NCBI GenBank assembly: GCA_021155985.1
Contig: JAJNBA010000012.1
Span: forward strand, 947 to 64,946
Length of the DNA stretch: 64,000 nucleotides
Source: Actinomycetes bacterium
GTDB taxonomy: Bacteria > Actinomycetota > UBA4738 > HRBIN12
Direction of reading: 5' to 3'
Below the pieces are notes generated by a model. That model had not been told where the DNA came from, ran no database searches, and saw nothing but the letters and a program-made list of their open reading frames with translations. Of this stretch, positions 1 through 8,556 are shown one piece after another. Within the stretch, counting starts at the first letter, position 1. Every line of letters begins with the position of its first letter. The translations under genes and the position numbers were made by a program.

Positions 1-1463
1 ATGGTACCGCCCGTCGGTCCGTACGAGTGTTCGACGACGTTCGCGGAAGCCTCGTGCACGGCCATCACGATCTCCTTCGCCGGACCGTCTTGCACCTCGA
101 GATCCTCGAGCCACCGCGAGACGGCCCGACGGATCGTCAGCAGCGAGCGGGCCCGGGCCTCGACCGCGAACTCCAGCTCGGTCGCCGGGGTCGCGTCGCG
201 GTGGAGGACCATCAGCGCGACGTCATCCGTCGGCCGCGGACCGTCGATCATCCCTTCCAGGAGCTCCGTGATCGCCTCGTTGGTCGGCGATCCGTTCAGC
301 GCCCGCTGTGCGGTCGAGCGGAGCCGCTCGAGTCCCACCTCGAGCGATTCGTCCCGGCGCTCGATCAGGCCGTCCGTGTAGAGGAGGATCGACGTGCCTG
401 ACGGCATCGTCAGCTCCTCCTCGACGAACGTCGGAGGTTGCGGCAGACCGAGCGGCGGGTTCGCCCGGTGGTCGGACGCGAACGCGGCTCTGGCTCCGTT
501 CGGGCCGACCACGAGCGGTGGCGGGTGCCCGGCCGAGACGTATCGGAAGGTCCGCAGGTCGCGGGCGAGCAGGCCGATCAGGACCGTCACCAGCTCGCCC
601 TCTCCGAAGTGCCGATGGAACTCGTCGGCCCGCACGAGGATGTCGAGGGCCGACCCGCCCATCAGCGCGTGCGCGCGGAGGGCGTTGCGCATCTTGCCCA
701 TCAACGATGCCGCCGGCAGGCCGTGCCCCGCCACGTCGCCGATCACGAGGACGATATCGCCCTCGGGCCGGACGAACGTGTCGAACCAGTCGCCGCCCAC
801 ACCGACGGCGGTCGCGGCCGGCAGGTAGCGCGTCGCCACGCGCAGGCCCGGCAGGAACGGGAGGACCTCCGGGAGGAACGTCCGCTGGAACGCCTCGATC
901 ACGACGCGGGAACGGTCCGAGAGGCGAACGCGGAGCGCGAGCGCCACCCGGTCCGCGACGAGCTGGAGGAGCTCGGTCTCGTCGGCCGTGAAACGCCGGC
1001 GTGTCTTCGTCCCCACGTGCATCACCCCGACCACCTCGCCCTGCGCGAGGAGCGGCACACCGAGGAGGGAGCGGATGCCCTTCTGGAACAGGATCGGGTT
1101 CAGGACGGTGCTGTGGTCGACCCGGCGAAGGGCGACCGGCTTCCGCTCGGCCGCGATGCGACCGGCGAACCCTTTCCCCACCGGGATGCGGACGCCGCGT
1201 TCCACCTCCTCCTCGATCCCCTTGGCGGCCCGGGCCACGAGCTCGTTCCGAGTCTCGTCCAGCAGGAGGACGGCCGCGGTGTCGGTGACGAGGATCTCGC
1301 GCACCCGGTTGAGCAGCTCGTCCAGGAGATCGTCGACCGAGAGGTGGGCGAGGGTGGCGTCGCTGACGCGCTGGACCCGCTCGAGACGTTCCAGGGGGTC
1401 CAGCGCGGCAGCTCTGCGGTAGCGCACCCACCTACTGTGCGTCCGGATGCCTCCATCCAGCAA
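1..1463 (-). CDS. GAF + PP2C/SpoIIE phosphatase + C-terminal RsbW-type HATPase-like domain protein (3' end off-window)
   Basis: Absent from the ORF track because its stop lies before position 1. Hand translation of the third minus frame gives ...RWVRYRRAAALDPLERLERV...VATRYLPAATAVGVGGDWFDTFVRPEGDIVLVIGDVAGHGLPAASLMGKMRNALRAHAL...EELTMPSGTSILLYTDGLIE...VHEASANVVEHSYGPTGGT. The + ORF 438..1523 is its antisense shadow. The start is TTG 1463 or GTG 1427; there is no ATG. Confidence 0.8.
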   Translation of the reverse strand, partial: MLDGGIRTHSRWVRYRRAAALDPLERLERVQRVSDATLAHLSVDDLLDELLNRVREILVTDTAAVLLLDETRNELVARAAKGIEEEVERGVRIPVGKGFAGRIAAERKPVALRRVDHSTVLNPILFQKGIRSLLGVPLLAQGEVVGVMHVGTKTRRRFTADETELLQLVADRVALALRVRLSDRSRVVIEAFQRTFLPEVLPFLPGLRVATRYLPAATAVGVGGDWFDTFVRPEGDIVLVIGDVAGHGLPAASLMGKMRNALRAHALMGGSALDILVRADEFHRHFGEGELVTVLIGLLARDLRTFRYVSAGHPPPLVVGPNGARAAFASDHRANPPLGLPQPPTFVEEELTMPSGTSILLYTDGLIERRDESLEVGLERLRSTAQRALNGSPTNEAITELLEGMIDGPRPTDDVALMVLHRDATPATELEFAVEARARSLLTIRRAVSRWLEDLEVQDGPAKEIVMAVHEASANVVEHSYGPTGGT

Positions 1464-1483
1464 TGTTTCTGGCCAGCAGCGCG

Positions 1484-2167
1484 TCAGAGGCGCGGGAAGG
1501 TCAGGATCGTGACGAGGCCGTAGACCATGAGGGCGGCCGCGAGCACCACGACGCCGATCCGCACGCGCCGGAGCATGAACCGTTGGGACAGCGCGAGCAG
1601 GAACAACACGGTCGCGAGGACCACGGTCGTCCGGATGTACTCGTCGGCCTGATGGCGTGACTCCGTTCCTTCGTCGAACGTCCGGTCCGAGGCGTCATTC
1701 AGCCGGGCTCCCTTCTCGAGGAGCGGGTTCACGTACTGGGGCATGAAGCTCGGACCCGGCGGCACGTTGGGGTTCGAGAACGGGTCGAGCACGATCCAGG
1801 CATCGAACGCCACCTTGAACTCCGGACTGAACCGGCGCTCGTAGAGCGCCGCGAGGTCGTCGAGTCCCTCGTTCCGCGCCTCGATCCACGTGTTGAACGT
1901 GGTGATGTCGAGCAGTCGGTGCTGACCGCCGAGGGTGAGCGCTTGGTCCGCCTCGTTGCGCATGGTCGTGGACTCGCCGTAGAGCTCCGCTTGGCGCCCG
2001 TCCCACCTCGCTGCCTGGTAGCCGCTCCATGCGGTCGCGACGGCGACGATCGCGAGGAGGATCGCCTCGATGATCTCGACGGTCTGTTCCCACCGGGTCT
2101 TCGTGGGACGGCCGCTCTCGGGCGAGACAAGCGTCTCGGCGATCTCGCGGTTGAGTTCTTCCGGCAT
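1484..2167 (-). CDS. hypothetical membrane protein
   Basis: ORF 1484..2248. I prefer the internal ATG at 2167 (MPEELNREIAETL...). Hydrophobic helices are VEIIEAILLAIVAVATAW and TVVLATVLFLLAL / VVVLAAALMVYGLVTIL. Confidence 0.6.
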   Translation of the reverse strand: MPEELNREIAETLVSPESGRPTKTRWEQTVEIIEAILLAIVAVATAWSGYQAARWDGRQAELYGESTTMRNEADQALTLGGQHRLLDITTFNTWIEARNEGLDDLAALYERRFSPEFKVAFDAWIVLDPFSNPNVPPGPSFMPQYVNPLLEKGARLNDASDRTFDEGTESRHQADEYIRTTVVLATVLFLLALSQRFMLRRVRIGVVVLAAALMVYGLVTILTFPRL

Positions 2168-2178
2168 CCGAGCACCTC

Positions 2179-2541
2179 GTGCCGCAGGAAGCTGCGAGTC
2201 TAGGCGCGGCTCAGCCCGGTGCGTCTCCGGGAACTCCCCGTGGCACACTGTTCTCCGTGGACGACCGGGAGCTCATCGCCAAGGCTGAGGAAGCCTTGAC
2301 CGAGATCAAGGTCAACCAGGGACTCTCGGAACGGCACGAGGCCGTGCTGGCGGCGCTTCGCATCCGGCTGAAAGGAAGCGCCGGGAAGTCGCTGGAGGAG
2401 ATGCTCGAGGCGGCGGACGACGCGCCGCCGGATCGGCTCCGCGAGGCGATCGCGAAGGCCGAGGGCTCGGGGAAGCCGTCGCTGGACGACCTGCTCGGCA
2501 AGGAGCCGAAGAAGCCCGACTGGCCCGCCGGAAGCAGCTGA
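2179..2541 (+). CDS. small hypothetical Ala/Glu/Lys-rich protein
   Basis: ORF 2179..2541. The start is GTG 2179 or GTG 2257 (VDDRELIAKAEEALTEIK...). A strong hairpin follows it. No family recognised. Confidence 0.45.
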   Translation: MPQEAASLGAAQPGASPGTPRGTLFSVDDRELIAKAEEALTEIKVNQGLSERHEAVLAALRIRLKGSAGKSLEEMLEAADDAPPDRLREAIAKAEGSGKPSLDDLLGKEPKKPDWPAGSS

Positions 2542-2550
2542 GAAGCGAAA

Positions 2551-2577
2551 GGGCCGGGTCCCTAGGGAACCCGGCCC
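2551..2577 (+). terminator. GC-rich hairpin after the 2179..2541 ORF (no U-tract)
   Basis: GGGCCGGGTCCC-TA-GGGAACCCGGCCC. The arms GGGCCGGGT/ACCCGGCCC are perfectly complementary. Confidence 0.5.
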
Positions 2578-2775
2578 GTCGCGACGATCACCTCACGAGC
2601 GCTCCTGCCTCTTGTGGAGGCTTCGCCGGGTAGACCAAGTCCGAACCCGCGAGGGCGGTGAGCTGGTTGGATTCTGCCGAGCTTCCGGCAGTACGAGCGG
2701 GGCGGTCGGCCCCGGCCCGGGAGGGACGGCTCAGCAGCCAGTCACCTCGAGGGTCTCCTGCTGTCTATGCAAGTA

Positions 2776-2882
2776 GGACCACCTCCTTCCTCTCGTGCCG
2801 CCATGGTGCGACAGGAGCGGCGTTATGGCAAGACGATCGGCCGGCTGTTCGAGCGGCCTAGACTCGGCCCGGGAGGTGGTCG
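2776..2882 (+). promoter_or_regulatory. putative RBS-sequestering 5' leader (anti-SD / SD pairing)
   Basis: GACCACCTCC (2777..2786) is the perfect reverse complement of GGAGGTGGTC (2872..2881). The latter is the Shine-Dalgarno region 3 nt upstream of the GTG 2885 start. Confidence 0.3.
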
Positions 2883-2884
2883 GA

Positions 2885-3274
2885 GTGTCCGAGCCGGTGG
2901 TCTTCATCAGTCACTTCGGGATCAAGGAGGGGATGCTCGAGGATCTCAGGCAACTCTCCGAGGAGGTCATCGACAAGCTCCGCGAGGAGAAGGCGCGGAC
3001 CGTGTTGTACCTCGCTTACCTCGATGACGAGGGGACGGAGGTGTCCTTCCTGCACGCCTTCCCCGACGCGGAGTCGATGGACCTCCACTTCGAGGGCGTG
3101 GACGAGCGGGTGAAGGCTGCGTACCAGTACATCGAGCCTCGAGGGTGGGAGATCTACGGGCGGCCCAGCGGGGCAGCCCTGGAGTCGATGCGGCAGGCGG
3201 CGGAAGGTGCGGGGGTCTCGCTGACCGTCCTGCCCGACCACCTCGGGGGGTTCCTGCGGCTCCGATCCGACTGA
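2885..3274 (+). CDS. small alpha+beta protein, possibly ABM/Dabb-fold (function unknown)
   Basis: ORF 2795..3274. GTG 2885 is preceded by GGGAGGTGG (VSEPVVFISHFGIKEGMLEDLRQLSEEVIDKLREEK...). The family call is weak. Confidence 0.55.
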   Translation: MSEPVVFISHFGIKEGMLEDLRQLSEEVIDKLREEKARTVLYLAYLDDEGTEVSFLHAFPDAESMDLHFEGVDERVKAAYQYIEPRGWEIYGRPSGAALESMRQAAEGAGVSLTVLPDHLGGFLRLRSD

Positions 3275-3278
3275 ACCG

Positions 3279-6200
3279 TCACGCGCACCCGTTCGGGAGA
3301 TGCAGGTACTGGCGGCACTCGTCTTCGGAGAGCTCCCTGGTGACGTTCTCCCTGGCGATGCGGATCAGCTCGTCGACGTCCAGCGCCCACACCCGCACCA
3401 CACCGTCAGGGGCGGCGGATGCCAGCCGCTTCCCGTCCGGGCTGAAGTCCAGGCCCGAGACGAGGAACCCGTGGCCTCGGAGCACCAGCTGTTGCGCGCC
3501 GGCCTCGGCGTGGGTGTCGAAGAGGCGGATCGTCGCATCCTCGCCGCCGGTCGCGAGCAACGTGCCGTCCGGGCTGAAGACGACGTTCATGACGGTGACC
3601 GATCCTGCACGGAAGGACCGCTGGGTCTCCCACGTCGAGGCGTTGCGGATCTGCACCGTCCCGTCGTAGAAGCCGATCGCGAGCCGCTCTCCGGGTCCGT
3701 CGAACGCGAGCGACGACGCGCTCACGTCGTCGAGCTCCTGAACGACCGTTCCGGCCCTCCAGTCCCAGATCGACAGATGGTTCGTGTCCGGCTGCTCGCC
3801 GTTGAAGCTCCCGGTGGCGATCGTCCGACCGTCCGGCGAGAAGGCGAGCGACTGGACCACGTGGGGATCCGGTTCGTTGCCGACGAGCGTGGGGCGCCCC
3901 TCGTTGTCGGCGTCGAGCACGTTCAGGCTTCCGCCGTACGCGCCGACGGCGAGGAACCGGCCGTCGGAGTCCCAATCGATCGACGTGATGGCGTCATCTG
4001 GAACCTCGAAGTCGAAGGCGAGCGTCTCGGTCTCGACGTTCCACACCGAGACGACCCCCGCGTTGTTCCGGACCATCGCGACCAGCTCGCCGTTCGGGCT
4101 CGGCGCGACCAGTAACACGGGGTCCTGCGAGCCCCGCCCGGGGCCGAGCGTCGCCACAGGCGTGGTCGCATCTCGACGGACCTCCCAGATCGCGGCGGAT
4201 CCGTGTTCGTGCGAGGCGACGATGCGACCGTCCGTGAGGTACGCGACGTCGACCGGCGCCAGGTAGTCCGTCGGGACATTGGCGACTTCGGCGTCGCCCG
4301 CGACCGATAGGTCCCAGATCGTGACGGCGGCGATCCCGAAGTCGCCGGTGACGACGCGCCGCCCGTTGGGCGAGAAGGCCGCGTTCAGACCCGATTGGGT
4401 CTGCTGTGCCGCAAAGAGGTGCACCTGGCGGCCCTCGACCTCGATGGTTCCCCGGGTCCGGTGCAGCTCGACCTCCCACACGCGCGCCGTGCCGTCGCTC
4501 CCGCCGGAGACGATGCGCTGCGAATCGGGCGACCAGTCGACGGAGCTCACGACACCGGTGTGTCCGAGCAGCCGCTCCTCGAGCGTGCCGGTTCCGGCGT
4601 CCCATACCCGGACCGAAGAGTCGCCGGCGCCCGTGGCGATCCATCGGCCGTCCGGGCTCCACGAGACGGAGTTCACGGAGTACCGGTGCCTCGGGAGCTC
4701 GAAGGCGAGGTCGCCGGTCCTGACGTCGAACACCCACACGAAGTCCACGTCCGCGCTCGCGACGGCCACCTGGCTCCCGTCGGGATTGAGCGCGGTGTCG
4801 AACGGGAACGTGTCCAGGCCCTCGAACGTGCGCACGATCTCGCCGGTGGCGGCCTCGGCCACTCGGACCGTGTCGTCCTCCGGCCATGCTGCGGCGATCA
4901 GGCTGCCGTCCCCGTCGAAGGACTGCCCCACCGCGCCGGTGGTCCCCGACACGATCGCGATCTCTTCGCCGGTGTCGGGGTCCCACACCTTCAGGAAACC
5001 GTCGTCGCCGGTCGTCGCGAGCATCGAGCCGTCGGGGGAGAACTGGACATCGTTCACGTCGCTGTTCCCGTGCCCGATCCATGACCGGACGGAGTCGCCG
5101 GTCGTCGCGTCGCGGAGGTCGATCGTCCCCGAGTTCTCAGGTCCCTCGGTCACGAAGACACCCTCCGGACTCCAGTCGACCGTCCCGCCGAGGTCCTCCT
5201 CGGTCAGCACGAGCCGAGAAGCGATCACGGCTCGGTGGAGCGCCTCCTCCGCCTCGGGCAGCACCATGGCGTCGGCGGAGCGGGTGGCGCCGATCGCCTC
5301 GAGAGCGAGGAGGATGCTTCGCTCGGGATCGACCTCGAGGTTCGCGACCGAGGCCGCGGCGAGCTCCCGAGCGGTCGCCCGCCGTTCCTGCTGTTGCGCG
5401 CGGCCTCGCTGGCTCGTGGCGAAGATCGTGAGGCCGGCGGCGACCACGGCGGCGGCGCCCAGCACCGCGACGAGTGCGCGGAGGCGCCGGAAGGAGCGGC
5501 GTTCGAGCTCCTGTTCGTGGGCGAGCCGAGCTGCTTCGTCGGCGTTCCGTTCCTCACGCTCGGCGCGGGACGCGTCCAGGTACTCGCGCTCCTCCGGCGT
5601 GACGGCCAGCCCCGAAGCCGCCTGCCAGGCCTCTGCCTGCTCGAGCCGGGAGCCGCTCAGGAGGAATGACGGATCCCGATCCGCCTCCGTCCACTCGCGC
5701 GCGGACGCCGCCACCCGGCGCTCGGTCCGAAGGTCGTCGCGCGCGGCGTCGATCCACCGGTGGAGACGGGGCCACGCGGTGAGCATCGCCTCGTGGGCGA
5801 GCTCGATCGTCGGGGCACCCGTGCGGGCGTCCCGGTCGAAGGAGAGCTGCCGCGATGCGCCGAACGTGTCCAGGACCGTGGTCATCGCCGGCTGGTCGAC
5901 GTCGAGCGAGGCGATCTCGGATCGCGGCACCCGGCGCCGCGTGTCCTCGGACCCCTCTCCCAGCGCGACCAGGCGGAGGAACAGCTGCCGAGCGGCCTCC
6001 TTGCCGTCGTCGTCGAGCTCCGCGTAGAGCTCCTCGGCTCGACGCCCGAGCGCCCCCGACACTCCGCCGATCTGCCGGTACGCCTCGAGGAACAGGATCC
6101 GGCCGTCGCGTCGTTCGAAGAGTTCGGTGAGGGCGTACTCCATCAGCGGGAGCGCCCCCGGTTCCTCGGCGACGTCGGCCATCATCGCGGCGACCAGGCC

Positions 6201-7484
6201 CGGCTCCAGCGAGACGTCCACCCGCTTCGCCGGCCCTGAGATCGTTCGTTCGAGCTCGTCGGCCGACAGCGGAACGAGGGCCTCGACACGGGACTTGAAC
6301 AGCTCCGCGAAGCCCCGATACAGGAGTGGTCTGTCGTAGAAGTCGGCCCGAAGGGTGACGACGATGCGGAGTCGGCTGTGGGGATCGGTCGCGGCGGCTT
6401 CGAGGCTCCCGAGGAAGTGTGTCCGGGCCGCCTCGTCCTCGACGAGTGTGAAGACTTCCTCGAACTGATCGATCACGAGGACGAGCTCGCTCCCGTCGGA
6501 CGGGAGGATCCGGAGGACCGCCCGGAGCAGCCCGTGCTCGTCCCGCTCGAGCTGTTCCATCAGGCTCGGCGGTGGATCCGGCACGGCGCGGAGCAGCGCC
6601 GATTCCAGCCCGTCCAGGGGATGGGCGGCGGGGAACATGTCCGCGATGTGCCATCCGTCGGATCCTGGGATCGCGCCGCGCCGGAGAGCCGGGATCAGCC
6701 CGGCTCGCACGACCGATGATTTCCCGCTCCCGCTCGGTCCGACGACTGCCAGGAACCGGGTCTGCTTCACGCGTTTGACGAGCTCCTCGACGAGCTCCTC
6801 GCGTCCGAAGAAATCGGCCGCGTCGCCTTCCTCGAAGGCGCGGAGGCCCTTGTAGGGGTTCGCGACGATCCCGGGGACGGCGGGCGCGAGGCGGGCGGCG
6901 TTCGACCCGAGCGCCCGTCGGAACGCCATGTCGTCCGCGGCGTCGTTCGCCTCCGCACGCAGCCGGATCACGTGCACCGGGTCCGCGAGACCCTTGAGCT
7001 GGACGGTCCCCCGGTCCACGTAGGCGACGCCGTCGACCTTCCTCGCGAGGTGCGTGACCGCCGGGCTGGCGAGGATCTCGGCCGGAGCGGCGATCCCGCA
7101 GAGACGAGCAGCGAGGTTGAGCGCGCCGCCGCGATAGCCGCCCTCGACCGGCACGGCCTCTCCCGCGTCCAGCCCGATGCCGACCGCCAGGGGGAGGGCG
7201 GGATCCGCGACGGTCGCATCGACGAAGCGGCGTTGGAGCTCGACCGCCGCCCGGATCGCCTGCCGAGCGGAGTCGAAGACCGCGAGGGCTTCGTCGCCGC
7301 GCAGCTCGACGACCGTTCCGCCGCGCGCCTCGACGCCTTCGCGCGCCACCAGGGCGAACTTGCCGGCCAACCTGGCGGCGGCCTCATCGCCGTGCTCCTG
7401 CGTGAAGACCGTGTACCCGCGGACGTCGGCGATCAGGAACGTGCGGATCTGCGCGTCGCGCGGCCGGCCTTCGGCATCAGCCAT
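3279..7484 (-). CDS. class III nucleotidyl cyclase - nSTAND-type P-loop NTPase - hydrophobic segment - WD40 repeat protein (1401 aa)
   Basis: Cyclase motifs are FLIADVRGYT, LRGDEALAVF and ALNLAARL. nSTAND signature is NPYKGLRAFEEGDAADFFGREE, with P-loop VVGPSGSGKSS and Walker B LVLVIDQFEE. The hydrophobic stretch is LRALVAVLGAAAVVAAGLTIFAT. About 650 aa of WD40-like repeats follow (SPDG..ATG..DG..R[VL]WD). Confidence 0.9.
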   Translation of the reverse strand: MADAEGRPRDAQIRTFLIADVRGYTVFTQEHGDEAAARLAGKFALVAREGVEARGGTVVELRGDEALAVFDSARQAIRAAVELQRRFVDATVADPALPLAVGIGLDAGEAVPVEGGYRGGALNLAARLCGIAAPAEILASPAVTHLARKVDGVAYVDRGTVQLKGLADPVHVIRLRAEANDAADDMAFRRALGSNAARLAPAVPGIVANPYKGLRAFEEGDAADFFGREELVEELVKRVKQTRFLAVVGPSGSGKSSVVRAGLIPALRRGAIPGSDGWHIADMFPAAHPLDGLESALLRAVPDPPPSLMEQLERDEHGLLRAVLRILPSDGSELVLVIDQFEEVFTLVEDEAARTHFLGSLEAAATDPHSRLRIVVTLRADFYDRPLLYRGFAELFKSRVEALVPLSADELERTISGPAKRVDVSLEPGLVAAMMADVAEEPGALPLMEYALTELFERRDGRILFLEAYRQIGGVSGALGRRAEELYAELDDDGKEAARQLFLRLVALGEGSEDTRRRVPRSEIASLDVDQPAMTTVLDTFGASRQLSFDRDARTGAPTIELAHEAMLTAWPRLHRWIDAARDDLRTERRVAASAREWTEADRDPSFLLSGSRLEQAEAWQAASGLAVTPEEREYLDASRAEREERNADEAARLAHEQELERRSFRRLRALVAVLGAAAVVAAGLTIFATSQRGRAQQQERRATARELAAASVANLEVDPERSILLALEAIGATRSADAMVLPEAEEALHRAVIASRLVLTEEDLGGTVDWSPEGVFVTEGPENSGTIDLRDATTGDSVRSWIGHGNSDVNDVQFSPDGSMLATTGDDGFLKVWDPDTGEEIAIVSGTTGAVGQSFDGDGSLIAAAWPEDDTVRVAEAATGEIVRTFEGLDTFPFDTALNPDGSQVAVASADVDFVWVFDVRTGDLAFELPRHRYSVNSVSWSPDGRWIATGAGDSSVRVWDAGTGTLEERLLGHTGVVSSVDWSPDSQRIVSGGSDGTARVWEVELHRTRGTIEVEGRQVHLFAAQQTQSGLNAAFSPNGRRVVTGDFGIAAVTIWDLSVAGDAEVANVPTDYLAPVDVAYLTDGRIVASHEHGSAAIWEVRRDATTPVATLGPGRGSQDPVLLVAPSPNGELVAMVRNNAGVVSVWNVETETLAFDFEVPDDAITSIDWDSDGRFLAVGAYGGSLNVLDADNEGRPTLVGNEPDPHVVQSLAFSPDGRTIATGSFNGEQPDTNHLSIWDWRAGTVVQELDDVSASSLAFDGPGERLAIGFYDGTVQIRNASTWETQRSFRAGSVTVMNVVFSPDGTLLATGGEDATIRLFDTHAEAGAQQLVLRGHGFLVSGLDFSPDGKRLASAAPDGVVRVWALDVDELIRIARENVTRELSEDECRQYLHLPNGCA

Positions 7485-7562
7485 GGGGGATTATGGCCTG
7501 AGTGGCCTACAGCTTCCTAGCGGGGTCCTCGCCCTGTGGGGCGGCCGGATCGCATCAGCGGA

Positions 7563-8429
7563 TCAGGCGGTGAGGGTACGGGCGGCATCGACAGGGTCGC
7601 CCTCGAGCAGCCGGATGCCGAGACCTGCCAACTCCTCAGGCCTGATCCCTCCGCCCACGGCGACCGGGACCCGGGCGGCCAACATGCGGAGCTCGTGCGT
7701 GTGAGAGCCGATCAGCGTGCCCTCGGCGATGGCCAGGACGACGAGGGCCGGCTTCACGACCTCCACGGCCTGCTCGATCGTGGCGATCGGTGTGTCCTGC
7801 CCGAGGTACGTGATCCGCCATCCCCGACGCCACGCGGCGATGCCGAACATGATCAGCCCGAGGTCGTGCTCCTCATCGGGCGGGCACGCGAGCAGCAGCG
7901 ACGGACCATCACCCACGCCCCAGCCACGGGCGAGTCCGAGCAGCCGCCCCCGGATCAGGGACGACGCGAAGTGCTCCTGGCCGACCGACACCTCACCGGT
8001 CGCCCACCGGTCCCCGAGCAGATGCAGGTACGGCAAGAGCACGTCCTGCATCGCCGTTTCGAGCGAGAGCGCGGCCAGCATGCGGTCGAGCACACGATCC
8101 GCCCTCTCCGCGTCGAAGCGATCCAGTGCCTCGCGGAGCTCGAAGGCGAGATGCTCCGTCGGCGCCACATCGGCTTCCTCCTCATCGGAACCTCCCCCGG
8201 GGACGAGGGCGCGGCGGGCTGCCTCCGAGGCGGAGAGTCCCTGTGCGATGAGCGCCTTCGTGCGGGAGACGCGAGCCTCATCCTGGTCCGAGTACAGACG
8301 GAACCCGCCGTCCGAACGCGAAGGCCGGAGCAGGCCGTACCGCTGCTCCCAGGCGCGCAGGAGCTCCGGCGACGTCCCGGTGCGCCGGGCGAGCTCGCCG
8401 ATCCGTAGGTACCGCTCCTCCTCGCTCAC
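7563..8429 (-). CDS. MerR-family regulator with C-terminal cobalamin-binding domain (CarH/LitR-like)
   Basis: N-terminal HTH is YLRIGELARRTGTSPELLRAWEQRYGLLRPSRSDGGFRLY. The B12 motif is E-x-H-x-x-G (PDEEHDLGL), followed by RVPVAVGGG. Confidence 0.85.
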   Translation of the reverse strand: MSEEERYLRIGELARRTGTSPELLRAWEQRYGLLRPSRSDGGFRLYSDQDEARVSRTKALIAQGLSASEAARRALVPGGGSDEEEADVAPTEHLAFELREALDRFDAERADRVLDRMLAALSLETAMQDVLLPYLHLLGDRWATGEVSVGQEHFASSLIRGRLLGLARGWGVGDGPSLLLACPPDEEHDLGLIMFGIAAWRRGWRITYLGQDTPIATIEQAVEVVKPALVVLAIAEGTLIGSHTHELRMLAARVPVAVGGGIRPEELAGLGIRLLEGDPVDAARTLTA

Positions 8430-8447
8430 GACCGGAACCGTACAACA

Positions 8448-8530
8448 TCTCGACAGAATTCTCTACAGACTCTTGACACTCGGAGGTAGCGAGGCCTATC
8501 CTGACTCTAGACAGAACCTCTACACGCACA
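8448..8530. promoter_or_regulatory. operator-like tandem direct repeats in the litR-like / DUF378 divergent region
   Basis: The repeats are TCTCGACAGA, TCTCTACAGA, CTCTTGACAC ... CTCTAGACAGA, CCTCTACACG. ACA triplets sit at 8453, 8465, 8476 and at 8511, 8522, spaced 11-12 nt apart. Confidence 0.4.
8473..8502 (+). promoter_or_regulatory. sigma-70/SigA-type promoter for the DUF378 gene
   Basis: TTGACA (8473..8478), an 18-nt spacer, then TATCCT (8497..8502). The -35 box overlaps the third direct repeat. Confidence 0.4.
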
Positions 8531-8556
8531 CGAAGAGACCGAGGGGAGGGAGAAGG

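Noticed and set aside
223-1431. Long ORFs in the track with extreme Arg/Pro/Gly composition, for example 223..1431(-), 3994..5082(-), 5554..6654(-), 11611..12786(-), 19611..20759(-), 25477..26367(-), 27388..28596(-), 39853..41211(-).
   Set aside because: They lie in alternative frames or antisense to ORFs with clear domain motifs. Their composition is what off-frame reading of very GC-rich coding DNA produces. None shows a recognisable motif.
2776-2790. The sequence AGGACCACCTCCTTCC resembles the 3' terminus of 16S rRNA.
   Set aside because: No rRNA-like sequence surrounds it. I interpret it as an anti-SD element in a leader (see findings), not as an rRNA gene fragment.
3279-7484. Calling the cyclase-STAND-WD40 gene an antiphage Avs/bNACHT/Pycsar-type defence system.
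   Set aside because: The architecture is compatible with conflict systems. However, there is no adjacent cNMP-responsive effector, no mobile-element or defence-island context, and such nSTAND-WD40 proteins are common in actinobacterial chromosomes. The claim is therefore kept as an open possibility only.
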